This document shows, piece after piece, positions 32,900-45,754 of a stretch of 64,000 bases of DNA (the stretch's first letter is position 1; every line of letters starts with the position of its first letter). The notes below the pieces were generated by a model. The model was given only the letters and a program-made list of their open reading frames with translations, was not told where the DNA came from and ran no database searches. Source of the stretch: Squalus acanthias (Eukaryota); the NCBI GenBank assembly GCA_030390025.1, contig CM059438.1, positions 56,856,001 through 56,920,000 on the forward strand, given 5' to 3'. The position numbers and the translations under genes are program-made.

Positions 32900-34385
32900 A
32901 TTTCAATATAGATAAGTGTGAGGTGGTGCATTTTGGTAGGAAGAATAAGGAGGCCACCTACTCCTGGGAAATAAGAGTCTAAATGGGGTAGAGGAGCAAA
33001 GGGATCTCTGAGTACAGATCAATAAAAGTAGCAACTCTGAGATAATGGGCCCGGGGGATTCCCGTGGGCGAATACCTCCGTACCGCAAGAAAAGTATGAA
33101 CCTACCTGATGGTCCCGGAGGTTCGGACACTTGCGCTCCTGGGCCCCTATGTGTACACCTGCGTAAAGGCCCATGTATCCCAGGGGTGCACGTGGTTCGC
33201 AAGCGCTCCTGGGATCATGTGGGTCGGCCCAACCAATCAAAAAGGGGGATCCTCATTATGTTTATGGGGATTCCATTTACGTAAGGAATCCCCTAAAAAA
33301 CACAATTACACACCAGTTAAATAAAAACAAATCATCACATGTTCAAAATTAATTAAAATACAATTTAATTAAACATTTAAAACAAAAAATTTTTTGAAAA
33401 ATAAATTTAAACATTTTAAAGGGACTAAAACAACCTAAACTAATTTTAAAGGGTTTTTTATGTTTAAATAATTTAAATAAAATTATTTTAATATTTATTT
33501 AAACTCTTACACTGGTAAAAGAAGGCCTTATGCCTGCTTTTATCTGGCGTATGAGTTTCACGGGCATTCGTTGGGCAAATAGGCACTCGCTGGTGGAGAG
33601 TTGGGCTATTTCCCAGGGTTGCGATGGCTCTGTCGAGCTGAAACTTGACCGGTCGCAAGTTCCGGGTTTTTCGCTCCTGCGCATCGCACGCGGAAACCCG
33701 GAACTTGCGGGTCCCTTACCACTGCGTACACAGTCATAGGCCCCGGAAAATCCGGGCCATTGATGCCATAAAAAAGCACACGAAGCACTGGGGCTCATTT
33801 CTAGAGGGATAGACTTGAAAAGCAGAGAAGTTATGTTAAACTTGATCAGAACCTTGGTTAGAACACACTTGGAGCACTGTGAACAGTTCTGATCTCCAGA
33901 TATAGAGGCACTAGAGAAGATGCAAAAAAGATTTACAAGGATGATACCAGAACTGAGAGGTTATAACTATCAGGAAAGATTGAACCAGCTGGGTTTCTTT
34001 TCTCTGGAAAAGGGTAGTCTGAGGGGTGACCTGATAGAGGCCTTTAAGATAATGAAAGGGTTTGAGAGGGTTGACGGTAGAGTAGATGTTTCCACTTGTG
34101 GGGGAGACCAGAACTAGGGGCCATAAATATAAGATAGTCACTAATAAATCCAATAGGGAATTCAGGAGAAACTTCTTTACTCAGAGAGCAGTTAGAATGT
34201 GGATCTTGCTACCAGCAGGAGTAGTTGAGGCGAATAGCTTCGATGTATTTAAGGGGAAACTAGATAAATACATGAGGGAGAAAGTAGGGTTCGATGAAGA
34301 GGGTGGGAGGAGGCTCGTGCAGAACATAAACCAGCATGGACCAGTTGGGCCGAATGGCCTGTTCCTGTGCTGTGTATTCTATGTA
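32900..34385 (+). mobile_element. CR1 3' fragment interrupted by a MITE
   Basis: KCEVVHFGRKN-coding sequence at about 32910; continues at 33760 with ORFs 33920-34117 and 34086-34406. Confidence 0.85.
33047..33758. mobile_element. Non-autonomous TIR DNA transposon (MITE, possibly PIF/Harbinger-type)
   Basis: Left GGGCCCGGGGGATTCCCG versus right CCCCGGAAAATCCGGGCC (imperfect inverted repeat). GC-rich arms with an AT-rich core at about 33300-33500; cleanly interrupts a CR1. Confidence 0.65.
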
Positions 34386-35710
34386 GGCCAGGCCGAGCCT
34401 TGGTGACAAGCTGAGCTGGGGACTTGCCTAACCAGTAAACAGGCTGCTGAGGGAGTGTAAATCAGTGTGTGCTTCAGCCTGACACCTACACTGACCGGTC
34501 ACACCAGAGCACCTCCAGAGCAAAAGAAGAACCATCTGGCTGTTGGCCATTACACTGATATTGAAATCTAATTGTTACATAAATTGATGTAATTTTGGTC
34601 CCTAAATATTTTAAAACATTTCACAAATCTTTTATTTAAACTGCATGGAAATGCATTACAATTCCATTAGGCTGCTTCTATTTTCCAGAATGGAGAGTGG
34701 AAACACAAAGCCATTCAGTAAGATCATGGCTGATCTTCTACCTCCATTCCACCTTCCCACACTATCCCCATACCCCTTGGTTGGAAAGGGAGTGTGATTG
34801 CTCTGGTATCTTTGGTTATGTTGGTACAAGTACCTTCCTCGAGGGACCCTGCCAGCACTGGTATAAAGGTACGCAGGCAAACCTGCTTTGGATTGTGTCT
34901 GAGATTCTGCACCTTTGCTATGGTGATTTTTGGGACCTCCACTCTTTCCATCTGTGTCCAAGTCTGGCCTTGTTTCAGGAGTTCGTTGTCTATGTTCCTA
35001 GCTGCAGTATGTGCCATATCTTAAGTCAACCACTGAAAATTCAAAAGCATGTCTTTCCTTCCCAATTAGAGCCTGCTGTGCAGGGTGGGTGGGGTGGAGT
35101 GGAGATTTGAGCCCTAAATTAAAATGAGTCAAAGTTCTATTTTCTTTTAGTGAGACTGCTACCTTCTCCTGTACCTTGGTGCTGTATGTTTTTCTAATTC
35201 TACAGCATTTGTTGGACAGTGTTGTCTCCTTGCTCATTTTGTTGTTGGCCTGACACAACCACCAACCTGTTCAACAGAACTTCATAAGAATTTCAAAATT
35301 CATTTGGAACAATTCCATTGAAGAAAAACAATTGCCCTAGGGACCTGTAAAGTGCAGATCTGGTGTGCATGTATACAGTGTGGATTTGGCATCTCTTGCA
35401 AAGCAGTTATCATCCAGCTATAATATCCAGTTTGATGCCTAACTTAGTGTGGGCGTCTGATCGGCCCAGAACTCCTGGCCTCAAGCAAAAAGAAAGACCT
35501 TGCCTTTATATATGCATCCAAGCAAACACAGCACTGGGGTTAATTTCTAGAAAGACTTGCATTTATATAGCGCCTTTCACAGCCACAGGATGTCCCAAAA
35601 CGCTTTACAGCCAGTGAAGTACTTTTTGAAGTGTGGTCACGGTTGTAATGTAGGAAATGCAGCAGCCAATTTGTGCACAGCCAGATCCCACAATCAGCAT
35701 GTGATAATAA

Positions 35711-36520
35711 CCGCAACTTGCACATAGCACCTTTAACATAGTGAAACGTCCCAAGGCGCTTCACAGGAGCGTTCCAAAACAAAATTTGACACTGAGCCAC
35801 ATAAGGAGATATTAGGGCAGATCAAAGAGGTAGGTTTTAAGGAGTGTCTTAAAGGTGGGGGGAGGGGTTTAGGGAGGGAACATCCAGAACTTAGAGCCTC
35901 AGCAGCCAGTGGTAGAGCAACTAAATTTGGGGATGCACAAGAGGCCAGAATTGCAGGAGTGCAGAGATCTCGAAGGCTTGTAGGGCTGGGAGGGGCAAGG
36001 CCATGGAGGGATTTGAAAACAAGGATCAGAATTTTAAAATTGAGTTGTCAGACTGGGAGCCATTGTAGGTCAGCGAGCACAGGTGATGGGTGAATGCAAC
36101 TTGGTGAGTTAGGATGCGGGCAGCAGAGTTTTGGATGAGCTCAAGTTTATGTAGGGTGGAAGATGGGAGGCCGGCTAGAAAAGCATTGGAATAGTCAAGT
36201 CTAGAGGTATCAAAGGCATGGATGAGGATTTCAGCAGCAGATGAGCTGAGGCAGGGGTGGAGTTGAGCGCTATTACTGAGGTGGAAGTATGCTGATATGT
36301 GGTTGGAAGGTCATCTCTGTCAAATACGATACCAAGGTTGCAAACGGGCTGGTTGAGCCTCAGACAATTGCCAGGGAGAGATGGAGTCAGTGGCTAGGGA
36401 ATGGAGTTTGTGGCGGGGACCAAAGACACTGGCTTCGGTCTTCCCAATATTTAGTTGGAGGAAATTTCTGAATGTCCAGTGCTGGATGTCGGACAAACAG
36501 TGTGACAAATCGGAGGCCGT
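35711..36520 (-). mobile_element. L2-clade LINE 3' fragment
   Basis: CLSDIQHW..NFLQLNIGKTE in ORF 36320-36508; 3' end is homologous to 38760-39208. Confidence 0.78.
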
Positions 36521-36527
36521 GGAGGAG

Positions 36528-36824
36528 CCAAGTTAATGACCAGATAATCTGTTTTAGGTGTTGGTTGAGGGATAAATGACCAGGACACCGGGGAGAACTC
36601 CCCTGCTCCTCTTCGAATAGTGCCGTGGGATCTTTTACATCCACCTGAGCGGGCAGACTGGGCTTTGGTTTAACATCTCATCCGAAAGACGGCACCTCCG
36701 ACAGTGCAGCACCCTCAGTACTGCACTGGGGTGTCACCCTAGATTTTGTGCTGAAGTCTCTGGAGTGGGACTTGAACCCACAACCTTCTGACTCTGAGGC
36801 GAGAGTGTGACTACTGAGCCACGG
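36528..36824 (-). mobile_element. Deu-domain tRNA-SINE
   Basis: Reverse complement of the head and core seen at 16928 and 45307. Confidence 0.8.
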
Positions 36825-38007
36825 CTGGAGAAAAAGTGAGCCCCCGAGTCGCCGGATTGCAGGCGCTCGCCACCGGCCAAGCACTAGTACAACATACTTG
36901 TATTTTACCTGAAGTGTCGGCCTTGTGCTCCAGTCTCTAGAGTGGGGCTTGAATCATGACCACCTGACTCGGAGGCAAGAGTGCTATCTCTGAGCACAAG
37001 CAAAGGCCTGTTTGATATTTTAGACTTGACGAGTGGTTTGTTCACAATTTTGATCCGTTAACAGTGCTGGGGGGATTTTTACTATCGCGCCAAGCCCTGT
37101 GGGGAATAGGAAGTGCTAACATGACTGCTCCTGTTCTGATGGGCCTCTTGCCACTGTTTCAGTTGTTTTAATTAATAATTGAGAAGTATGTTGGGATGTA
37201 GAGTCGAAAGGCCTTTTTCCTGGTGAAAGGTCATTAGCAATCAGAGCTCACATTTTGTATAATCTTTTTTCCCCACCGGTACTTTAACAGAACTAAATTA
37301 CAACAAAATATTTGTTAGAACAAGTTCGGTCTTTAGCAGTCTCCTGATTCTCAAGTTAATGTGGAACTAACTGTAGTACTTCCTGATGGCCTGTAGTTCT
37401 CAACCTTTTGTAAACCACTTCTCCCCTTTTGTTTGTTTGCGTCTTTGGATTGAAATGAATTGGTCCTGACTTCCTTAATGGAGTCAGGGATATGTTGATA
37501 ATTTCTGCCGAGTACAAAAAGTGCCCGCCACATGACTTTGTCATGCCCGAGTTGTGACTCAAGTACTTTGGGTTGAAATCTCCACATAGCGATGTAGTCT
37601 GAGGTTTGCAGATGCTCAGTCTCCTATACAGCGAGTACAAAAGAACTCTTGAACTTCTCTAGCTTGCTATTCCAGATATGTGTGAAATATTTCTGGAGTC
37701 TTCACCAGATCTAATACCAGTTATTTGCTGATTGTGTCTATCTTGATGTACAATCTTTGCACTAAATGGTGGATTCAGATCCATTTATTTTTATTTGTGC
37801 CATGTGAGGATTGTTGGTTTTGCTAACGTCTTGTTTAAAGGAGCCTTGTGGTTGCATGACCATGCACAGTATAGAAATGCTGAGACAGTATCCAGCACGT
37901 TATTTTTGTGTCTCTGGAACGCCCCTTGGTCGTGCTGTAAGCTGAATATTTCCTCATTTATTTGTGTAATTTTGCTGTGTTTGTCACTTGTCTTTTCCCC
38001 TCCGCCA

Positions 38008-38745
38008 GTTAGGAACAGGAGGAGGCCATTCAGCCCTTCGAGCCCATCTGCCATTCAATTAGATCATGGCTGATCTGTACCTCAACTCTCTTTACCCGCC
38101 CTTGATCCAGGTCGCTCGATACCTTTTCTTTAACAAAAATCTATCAATCTCTCTTGAAAGCTCCAGTTGACCCCCAGCATCTACAACCTTTCGTGGGGGA
38201 GAGTTCCAAATTTCCACTATCCTTTGTGTGAAAAAGTGCTTCCTGATTTCACTCCTGAACAGCCTAGCTCTAATTTTAAGATTGTTATTTTGTTCTGGAC
38301 ACCCCCACCAGAGGAAATAGTCTCTCTGTATCTACCCTACCAAATCCCTTTATTATTTTAAAGACCTAGATTAGAACTCCCCTCAATTTTCTAAACCTTA
38401 TGCAACCTGTCCTCGTAATTTAACTTTTTAACCCCAGTATCATTCTGGTGAATCTGTGCTGCACCCCCTCCAAGGTCAATATATCCCTCCTGAGGTTCGG
38501 TGCCCAAAACTGAATGGCGTACTCCAGATGTGGTCCGCCCAAGGCTCTATACAAGTGAAGCATCACTTCCTCACTTTTATATTCAGCCCTTGAGATAAAG
38601 GCCAACATTCCATGAGCCTATTTGATTTACTTTTTATACCTGTGCACTAGCTTTTAGTGGGCACCGACATCCCTTTGCTCCTCCACAACTCCTCGTCTCT
38701 CACCATTAAGAAAGTATTCCGATTTGTTTTTCTTGGATTCAGAGT
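38008..38745 (-). mobile_element. Old CR1 3' fragment
   Basis: LYRALGGPHLEYAIQFWAP in ORF 38420-38608, plus 3' UTR hairpin. Confidence 0.8.
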
Positions 38746-38759
38746 GGATGACCACACAT

Positions 38760-39208
38760 TGAACTCCGTCAGCCCTGTGCTCGCTGACATACATTGGCTT
38801 CCGGTGCGGCATCACCTCGATTTTAAAAATTCTCATCCTTGTCTTCAGATCCCTCCATGCCACGACCCTCCCTATCTCTGTAACCCCCCCCCCCCCCCGA
38901 GATATCTGCGCTCCTCTAATTCTGACCCCTTGGGCATTTCTGATTGCCATTGTCCCACCATTGGCGACCATGCCTTTAGCTGCCGAGGCCCTAACTTCTG
39001 GAATTCCCTCCCTAAATCTCTCCGCCTCGCCACCTTTCTCTCCTCCTTTAAAGACGCTCCTTAAAACCCACCTCTTTGACCAAGCTTTTGGCCATCTGTC
39101 CTAATACCTCTTTTGGTTGGTGTCAAATTTTGGTTTGATAATCGCTCCTGTGAAGTGCCTTGAAATGTTTCAGTACATTAAAGGTGCTATATAAATGCAA
39201 TTTGTTGT
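38760..39208 (+). mobile_element. L2-clade LINE 3' fragment
   Basis: PVLADIHWLPVRHHLDFK..AFSCRGPNFWNSLP..SSFK; tail AAAGGTGCTATATAAATGCAA. Confidence 0.8.
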
Positions 39209-41998
39209 GGAAACATGGCTCACGTGTGAATAGAAGTTCCCTATTTGCCTATCTCTAGTTTTTTAAAAAAGAAGCAAAAATATAGACCGTAGTACTTCAA
39301 AATAAAGAGTGCAGAATAATGTATTAATCAGTGTTGCTGCAGGTACTTGACATTCTGTGACCTCTGGTCCACTTCAGAAGGCAATACTGGCAATAGTCTG
39401 CAGTAAAAGGCACCAGCCCACCAACATAATGTGGATAACAACATTCTCCCATATTGAGTACGCAATCAGGGCAGAGTTGGAATCAGTTTTTCCAAGGTAC
39501 CGATGGGCACTTCCTACACGTGCAAGCTGAGTGCAGCGAGAATGTGTGCCGGTTTCTCACGTAAGGCTGCGTTCACTCTTTGTGCTGCCTGCTAGTTGTT
39601 AAAGGTGGTTGATGGTTTTGGTCTCGTTCAAATGCTAGCTGCTTCTTGGCGGGCGAGCCAAGTGCAGTGATGGGCCAAGTTCTGTGTGCAGTGTATTTGT
39701 GTTAAGGCGTAGCTCAGAAAGGAACTTTACCCATAGCCTGAAATAGCCTGGCGTCTGAGAATCGTTCAGGAAATTGCAAGAATTGCTCTGGAAAAAGTAA
39801 GGGCCGTAATTCCCCTGGCACTGATCTAATGTCCTCTGGTTCATTCTTTTACGTCTTACCTGGTTATGAAACCCATTTAATGTCCGATTGTGTTACTTGC
39901 GCTTTGTTTAGCTGGATGGATATAGCTACAGTTGTGCTAATGGGATGTAAGAAATTTTAGTAGCTGAAGAATGCGTGGTGTCAGTATGGTAGGGAAACAT
40001 GCCTGCTCAGTGGTGGAGTGGCAGGGCCAATGATTAAAGTGGAATTGTGTGGTGAATGTCGAGGTACTCACTCATTTTAAAATAGACTGTAAAAGCTGCA
40101 GGCTGTTGGGCTTTTGTTTCTGGTGAGGCTTTGTTGGTGGTACAGTTATAAAGATCGAGATGTTAGAATAAAACCCCTTTTGAATTTTCATCTATTTTTT
40201 GTCAGCCAACACATGGGAGAGAATTAGAGGATAACTTGGTGGTATAGTGTACTGGGCTGTGTTGTCATGTCATCAGTGAGCTAGTTGTCTGCGGAGGTCA
40301 TAGATAGATTTATACAACACAGAAAGAGTCCCTTCGGCCCATCGTGTCCGCACCGGCCATCAAGCCCTATCTATTCTAATCCCATTTTCCAGCACTTGGT
40401 CCGTAGCCTTGTATGCTATGGCGTTTCAAGTGCTCATCTAAATGCTTCTTGATAGAGTCATAGATTTTGGTGTTGAGATTTAGCCAGATGCTTTCTGCAG
40501 TGGCGAACGACTGGGCGATTCGGTTACTGTTCTGTAGCCTCGGAGCAGACCAGCTCCTCGCCCTCTTGGCTGCAGAATAGCACTGGGTGGGTTGGGGGGG
40601 GAGGAAACAAGTTTTTAGAAAGAGCAGATAGATGACGGGATGCGCCTGTGATTGAACTGATGCCGGATGACTAAGCACAACACCTAAGGTGCTGCTCGGG
40701 TGTTACTGTGTGGAATGCTGCTGTTGTATTAACTGTCAACTGTTGATGAGTGGGGCCAGAGAAATGAATGGCGATGAACCCTTCTGTACACTACTGGCAA
40801 TGGGGGTTGTGTCTGTGCTGTTGCTTAAACTGAGCTGGGTGGAGGGGGAAAGTGGGTGGCAAAATGTGTTGGAACAGTGTCATCCGAAGGACTTGCTTTG
40901 AATCAGATTCGAACTTGGGTTGCAGGTCTCTTGCTGCCAATTAAATTCAGATGTGTTAGGAATTGTCTCGATACTTTTTCATTTGTTCTTGGGATGTGGG
41001 CAAGACTGGCAAGGCTGGTATGCATTGCCCATTACCTCTTGCCCTGAGCAGGTGGTGGTGGGTCTTCTCCTTGTGGTGATGGCGCTCCCACAATGCTGTT
41101 AGGTAGATAACTCCAGGATATTGAGATAATGAAGGTTCTTGGGGAGGCTCAAAGCCACAGCAGAAAGCTGCCTATTATACTGGTATGACTTCAATGTGCC
41201 AGCTCAGCCCAGTGTCACTTATTTTAAACTCTTGTGTATAACGTGCACTTTCTATAACCCTTTTCTGTCTCACTATTTCCATCATGCCTATCTGTCATTC
41301 TTACACATTTTGGTATTGAGTCATCCCAGCTCTGTCACCAGGGCAGGTGGTACTGTTCTGCACCACCCACCTCAGGCCTGTCACCCGATGCTCCCCTCTG
41401 CTGTTGCTGCTGAAAAATGTAGATGTAGTAACATTATTTGAATCCCAAAATGTCGCTATCACTCCCATAATGATTTGTAATAAAAGTGCAATTTAGCTTG
41501 CTCAATCGCCATAAATCAATGGTTCTGATAATATGCTGTACGTTTTATACAATTCAAAACAGGCATGTCCTCAAGACTCTGAGCAAAGCTACAGAAGAAT
41601 CAATAGTATAAATGCTCCTGTATTATAACCTTTTCATAGGAATTTCTAGCTAGCCCTAGTGCAGCACATTTGGCCAACAATTTCCATGGGGAAGCTTAGT
41701 GTTTCTGCAGCTTGAAGTGCACAGCCAGGTTTGAAGTTTTTTGAACTCTGCTGACCAAATTATGGATCATTTTGAAGGACGACACTTACTATATTTGTAG
41801 ATTCCAAGCCGAATTTTCATGCATGTTAAGCTTGCTGCCGCATTATTTCTTTGGCTGCACTGTCGGAAAATAAGCCTGGTGTTCTGATTTGTAAATCAGT
41901 CCGGGTTCTGAGAGCTAGTCTGATTATACCTAGTCATGGTATCAATTGGATCTGCAAGGGCTACACCAGGTGTGATTGTTTGTCAAATGGTGCCATGT

Positions 41999-42462
41999 TA
42001 CACAGGATTACGTAGGATGTACAGCACAGAAACAGGCCATTCAGCCCAACCAGTCCATGCCGGCGTTTATGCTCCATTCGAGCCACCACCCATGTTTCCT
42101 CATCTAACCCTATCAGCATAACCCTCTATTCCCTTCGCCCTCATATGCTTATCTAACCTCCCCTTAAATGCATCTATGCTATTCGCTTCAACCACTCCCT
42201 GTGGTAACGAGTTCCACATTCTCACCACTCTCTGGGTAAAGAAGTTTCTTCTGAATTCCCTATTTGAATTTTTGGTGACTATCTTATATTGATAGCCTCT
42301 AGTTTTGCTCTTCCCCACAAGTGGAAACACACTATCTAATCTATCAAAACCTTTCATGATTTTAAAGACCTCTGTTAGGTCACCACTCTGCCTCTTTTCA
42401 AGAGACAAGAGACCCAGCCTGTTCATCCTTTCCTGTTGGGTATACCCTCGCATTTCTAGTAT
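41999..42462 (-). mobile_element. CR1 3' fragment
   Basis: ORF 42100-42528 C-terminal motifs FRRNFFTQRVVRMWNSLP, plus tail. Confidence 0.88.
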
Positions 42463-43659
42463 CATGTTCCAGATGCTCCGCTTTTGTTCTCGCTTGATTG
42501 ACAGCTGCATGCCGAGGACCCTTATCATTCTGGGAATAATAAAACCAACTATTGGTCATCTCTAGTTTGTTCAGTTTAATTGTATTTCCACATGACATTG
42601 ATGAGGTGTAATCCTATGGAGATGAAGCACCCACTTTGCTTTCATTTAAGATACAGTAAAATAACTCAAAGAATTTCTAAATGCTTTATTTTGTTTGCAG
42701 AAAATGGTTTAAAGCGTTGGTACAATTTAAATAGTGTTTCTGTTAATCTAGCGACGGTATAAATTTACGTCTCAATAAATTTGGTTTATAGTATTAACCT
42801 GAACCACGCAGTCTGTCAGTATGATGTTTTCTGTCCTATCAAAGCATTTGGATACATGTGGGCATTCCATGTGTCTTCTAGTTCAAAACAACATAGGAAC
42901 AGGAGACCATTCAGCTCCTTAAGTCTGCTTCGCCATTCAATTAGATCAATGCTGATCTGTACCTCAACTCCATTTTCCCGCCTTGGCTCCATATCCCTGA
43001 TATCCTTACTTTGAAAAAAATCTATCGATCTCAGTCTTGAGAGCTCCAATTGTTCCCTAGCATCCACAGCCGTTTGGGGGGGGTGGCGGGGGTAGAATTC
43101 CAGATTTGTACTATCCTTTGTAAAAATAAATAAATAAATAAATAAAATGCTGCTTTATTTCCCTCCTAAATGGCCTGACTATAATTTTAAGATTATCTCA
43201 CTTCATTCTTGATTGCCCAACCTGCCCACCCCCCGCCACTCACGAGGAAATTGTTTCTCCCTATCTACCCTAGTGAATCCTCTTAACATTTTAAACACCT
43301 CAATCAGATCACCCTGTAATCTTCTATACTCAAGGAAATAAACAACTTGCTAATCCTGTGGCACAATAACATGTACAAAGTTCATAAATTTATTTGATGG
43401 GGGTGTGGGCTTGCCTGTGGAAACTGCGTAGTTGCTGCCAGCGTAAATGAGGTGCTGGGAGAAAGCAGAATTATAATGGATAATTTCAAAAAGCCCATCG
43501 GATGGCTGATGTAGTAAGTGGGCGTCGCACTCATGCAGTATAGGATTTCTGAGATTGTGGCTAACTTGTTATTTGTGGCACAGAGTTGTGAGAACTGCTA
43601 TACCTCATGGTGGAAATAAATATAATCACAATATTCTAACCAGCCACTAGAAAGAAAAT

Positions 43660-44360
43660 TAGAGATTTGGGTGTCCTCGTGCAAGAAACACAGAAAGCTA
43701 GCATGCAGGTACAGCAAGCAATAAGGAAGGCAAATGGCATGTTGGTCTTTGTTGCAAGGGGGTTGGAGTCTAAGAGTAAGGAAGTCTTGCTGCAATTGTA
43801 CAGGGCCTTGGTGAGACCATACCTGGAGTACTGTGCACCGTTTTGGTCTCCTTATCTAAGGAAGGATATACTTGCCTTGGAGGCGGTGCAACAAAACTAA
43901 ATTGATTCCTGGGATGAGAGGGCTGTCCTATGATGAGAGGTTGTGCAGAATGGGCCTATACGCTCTGGAGTTTAGAAGAATGAGAGGTGATCTCATTGAA
44001 ACATACAGGATTCTGAAGGGGATTGACCGGGTAGACGATGAGAGGTTGTTTCCCCTGGCTGGAGTGTCTAGAACTAGGGGCCATAGTCTCAGGATAAGGG
44101 CTCGGCTATTTAAGACTGATGAGGAATTTCTTCACTCAGAGGGTTGTGAATCTTTGGAATTCTCTGTCTCAGAGGGCTGTGAATGCTGAGTCTTTGAGTA
44201 TATTCAAGGCTGAGATAGATTTTTGGACTCTAGGGGAATCAAGGGATATGGAGATTGGGCGGGAAAGTGGAGTTGAGGTCTATGATCAGCCATGATCTTA
44301 TTGAATGGCGGAGCAGGCTTGAGGGGCCGTATGGCCTACTCCTGCTCTTATTTCTTATGT
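43660..44360 (+). mobile_element. CR1 3' fragment
   Basis: ORFs 43667-43900 and 43872-44189 plus 3' UTR. Confidence 0.9.
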
Positions 44361-45306
44361 TAAAATAAGCCCCAGCCAAATTTAAGCTTCTGCACATTAT
44401 TACTCCTCACATTGCATCCTGTGTGTGGCCATGCTCTTGTCTGCACAGCACTCACTTCTCCACTTTTCTACCCCAACCATTTGCATTGACACATACACAC
44501 CCACTTTCTTCTAAGCTCTTTGTCTTGTTTTGTCTTTAATTTGTCTTGTTCTTGACTCCATCACATCAGTGAATTGGAAGTAGCAGCAAGTGCACCCTTC
44601 TATTAAATATAATGGGTGTTAGCCCTACAGTACAGGTGGTGCTGCTTCAAGTGGATGGCTGCAACCTCCTGCAGTCTTGCATCCCCTCGTGCATCCTTCG
44701 GTCCTCCATCTGACCTTTTGTGAATTCCCCTCCCCCAACCACCTGCCTGCCCTTTGCCCCATCATTGGTAGCAGAGGCTTCGTGCTTTCCTGTGGGTCTG
44801 GTGTACATAGGCAGATTTCCCCCCTTTCACAATTTTCCTGCACATCTCCTGAAGGCACAGAATCTTCTCTAGGCCCAGCAGCTTTCAGTTCTGTGCCCAG
44901 TGAGCCTAGATGGGTGAATATGGGCAGGTTATTTGGCAAAAGGCATCTCAGTCAAGCCCTAACTTCTCTTCAATGACATCTACACAGGGGTATTTTCAGC
45001 ATGGGCCAATGGATGGTGATCAGGGATGGGAACCCTGGCGCGCTCATTCCCAATCCAAGGCCACTGACAGCAGTCACTGCCCCAACTGCTGTTCCAGCAT
45101 AGTCTTGGGAATCAAACCTGGGGCTGTCTGGTCGGTATGTCTTGGTACCGTAGCAGACCAAGTATTTACCAATAGAGCTCCCTGGGATTCTGGGAATGAC
45201 CTTATGGGATCTATTCTCGGAGCTGTTGCAGCAGCAGATTCACCATCATTTAAAACCAGTTGTAAAAAACATCACTTTTGTTTAAATGTTGCTGATATTT
45301 TTTGGA

Positions 45307-45754
45307 AGCACTCTCACCTCCGAGTCAGAAGGTTGTGGGTTGAAGTCCCACTCCAGAGACTTGAGCTCAAAAATCTAGGCTGACTCTCCAGTGCAGTGCT
45401 GAGGGAGTGCTACACTGTCAGAGGTGCCGTCTTTCAGATGAGACGTTACACCGAGGCCCCGTCTGCTCTCTCAGGTGGATGTAAAAGATCCCATGGCACT
45501 ATTTTGAAGAAGAGCAGGGGAGTTATCCCCGGTGTCTTGGCTGATATTTATCCCTCAACCAACATAACAAAAACAGATTATCTGGTCATTATCACATTGC
45601 TGTTTGTGGGAGCTTGCTGTGCGCAATTGGCTGCCGCGTTTCCTACATTACAACAGTGACTCCACTTCAAAGGTACTTCATTGGCTATAAAGCACTTTGG
45701 GACGTCCAGTGGTCGTGAAAGGCACTATAGAAATGCAAGTCTGTCTGTTCTTTC
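45307..45754 (+). mobile_element. Deu-domain tRNA-SINE (SacSINE1-like)
   Basis: Head, Deu core and tail GTGAAAGGCACTATAGAAATGCAAGTCT. Confidence 0.82.

Noticed and set aside
34724..35017. 97-aa minus-strand ORF as a host exon
   Set aside because: NIDNELLKQGQTWTQMERV resembles the C-terminus of an RTE-type LINE; there is no splice or homology support for a gene, and it is too weak to list as a feature.
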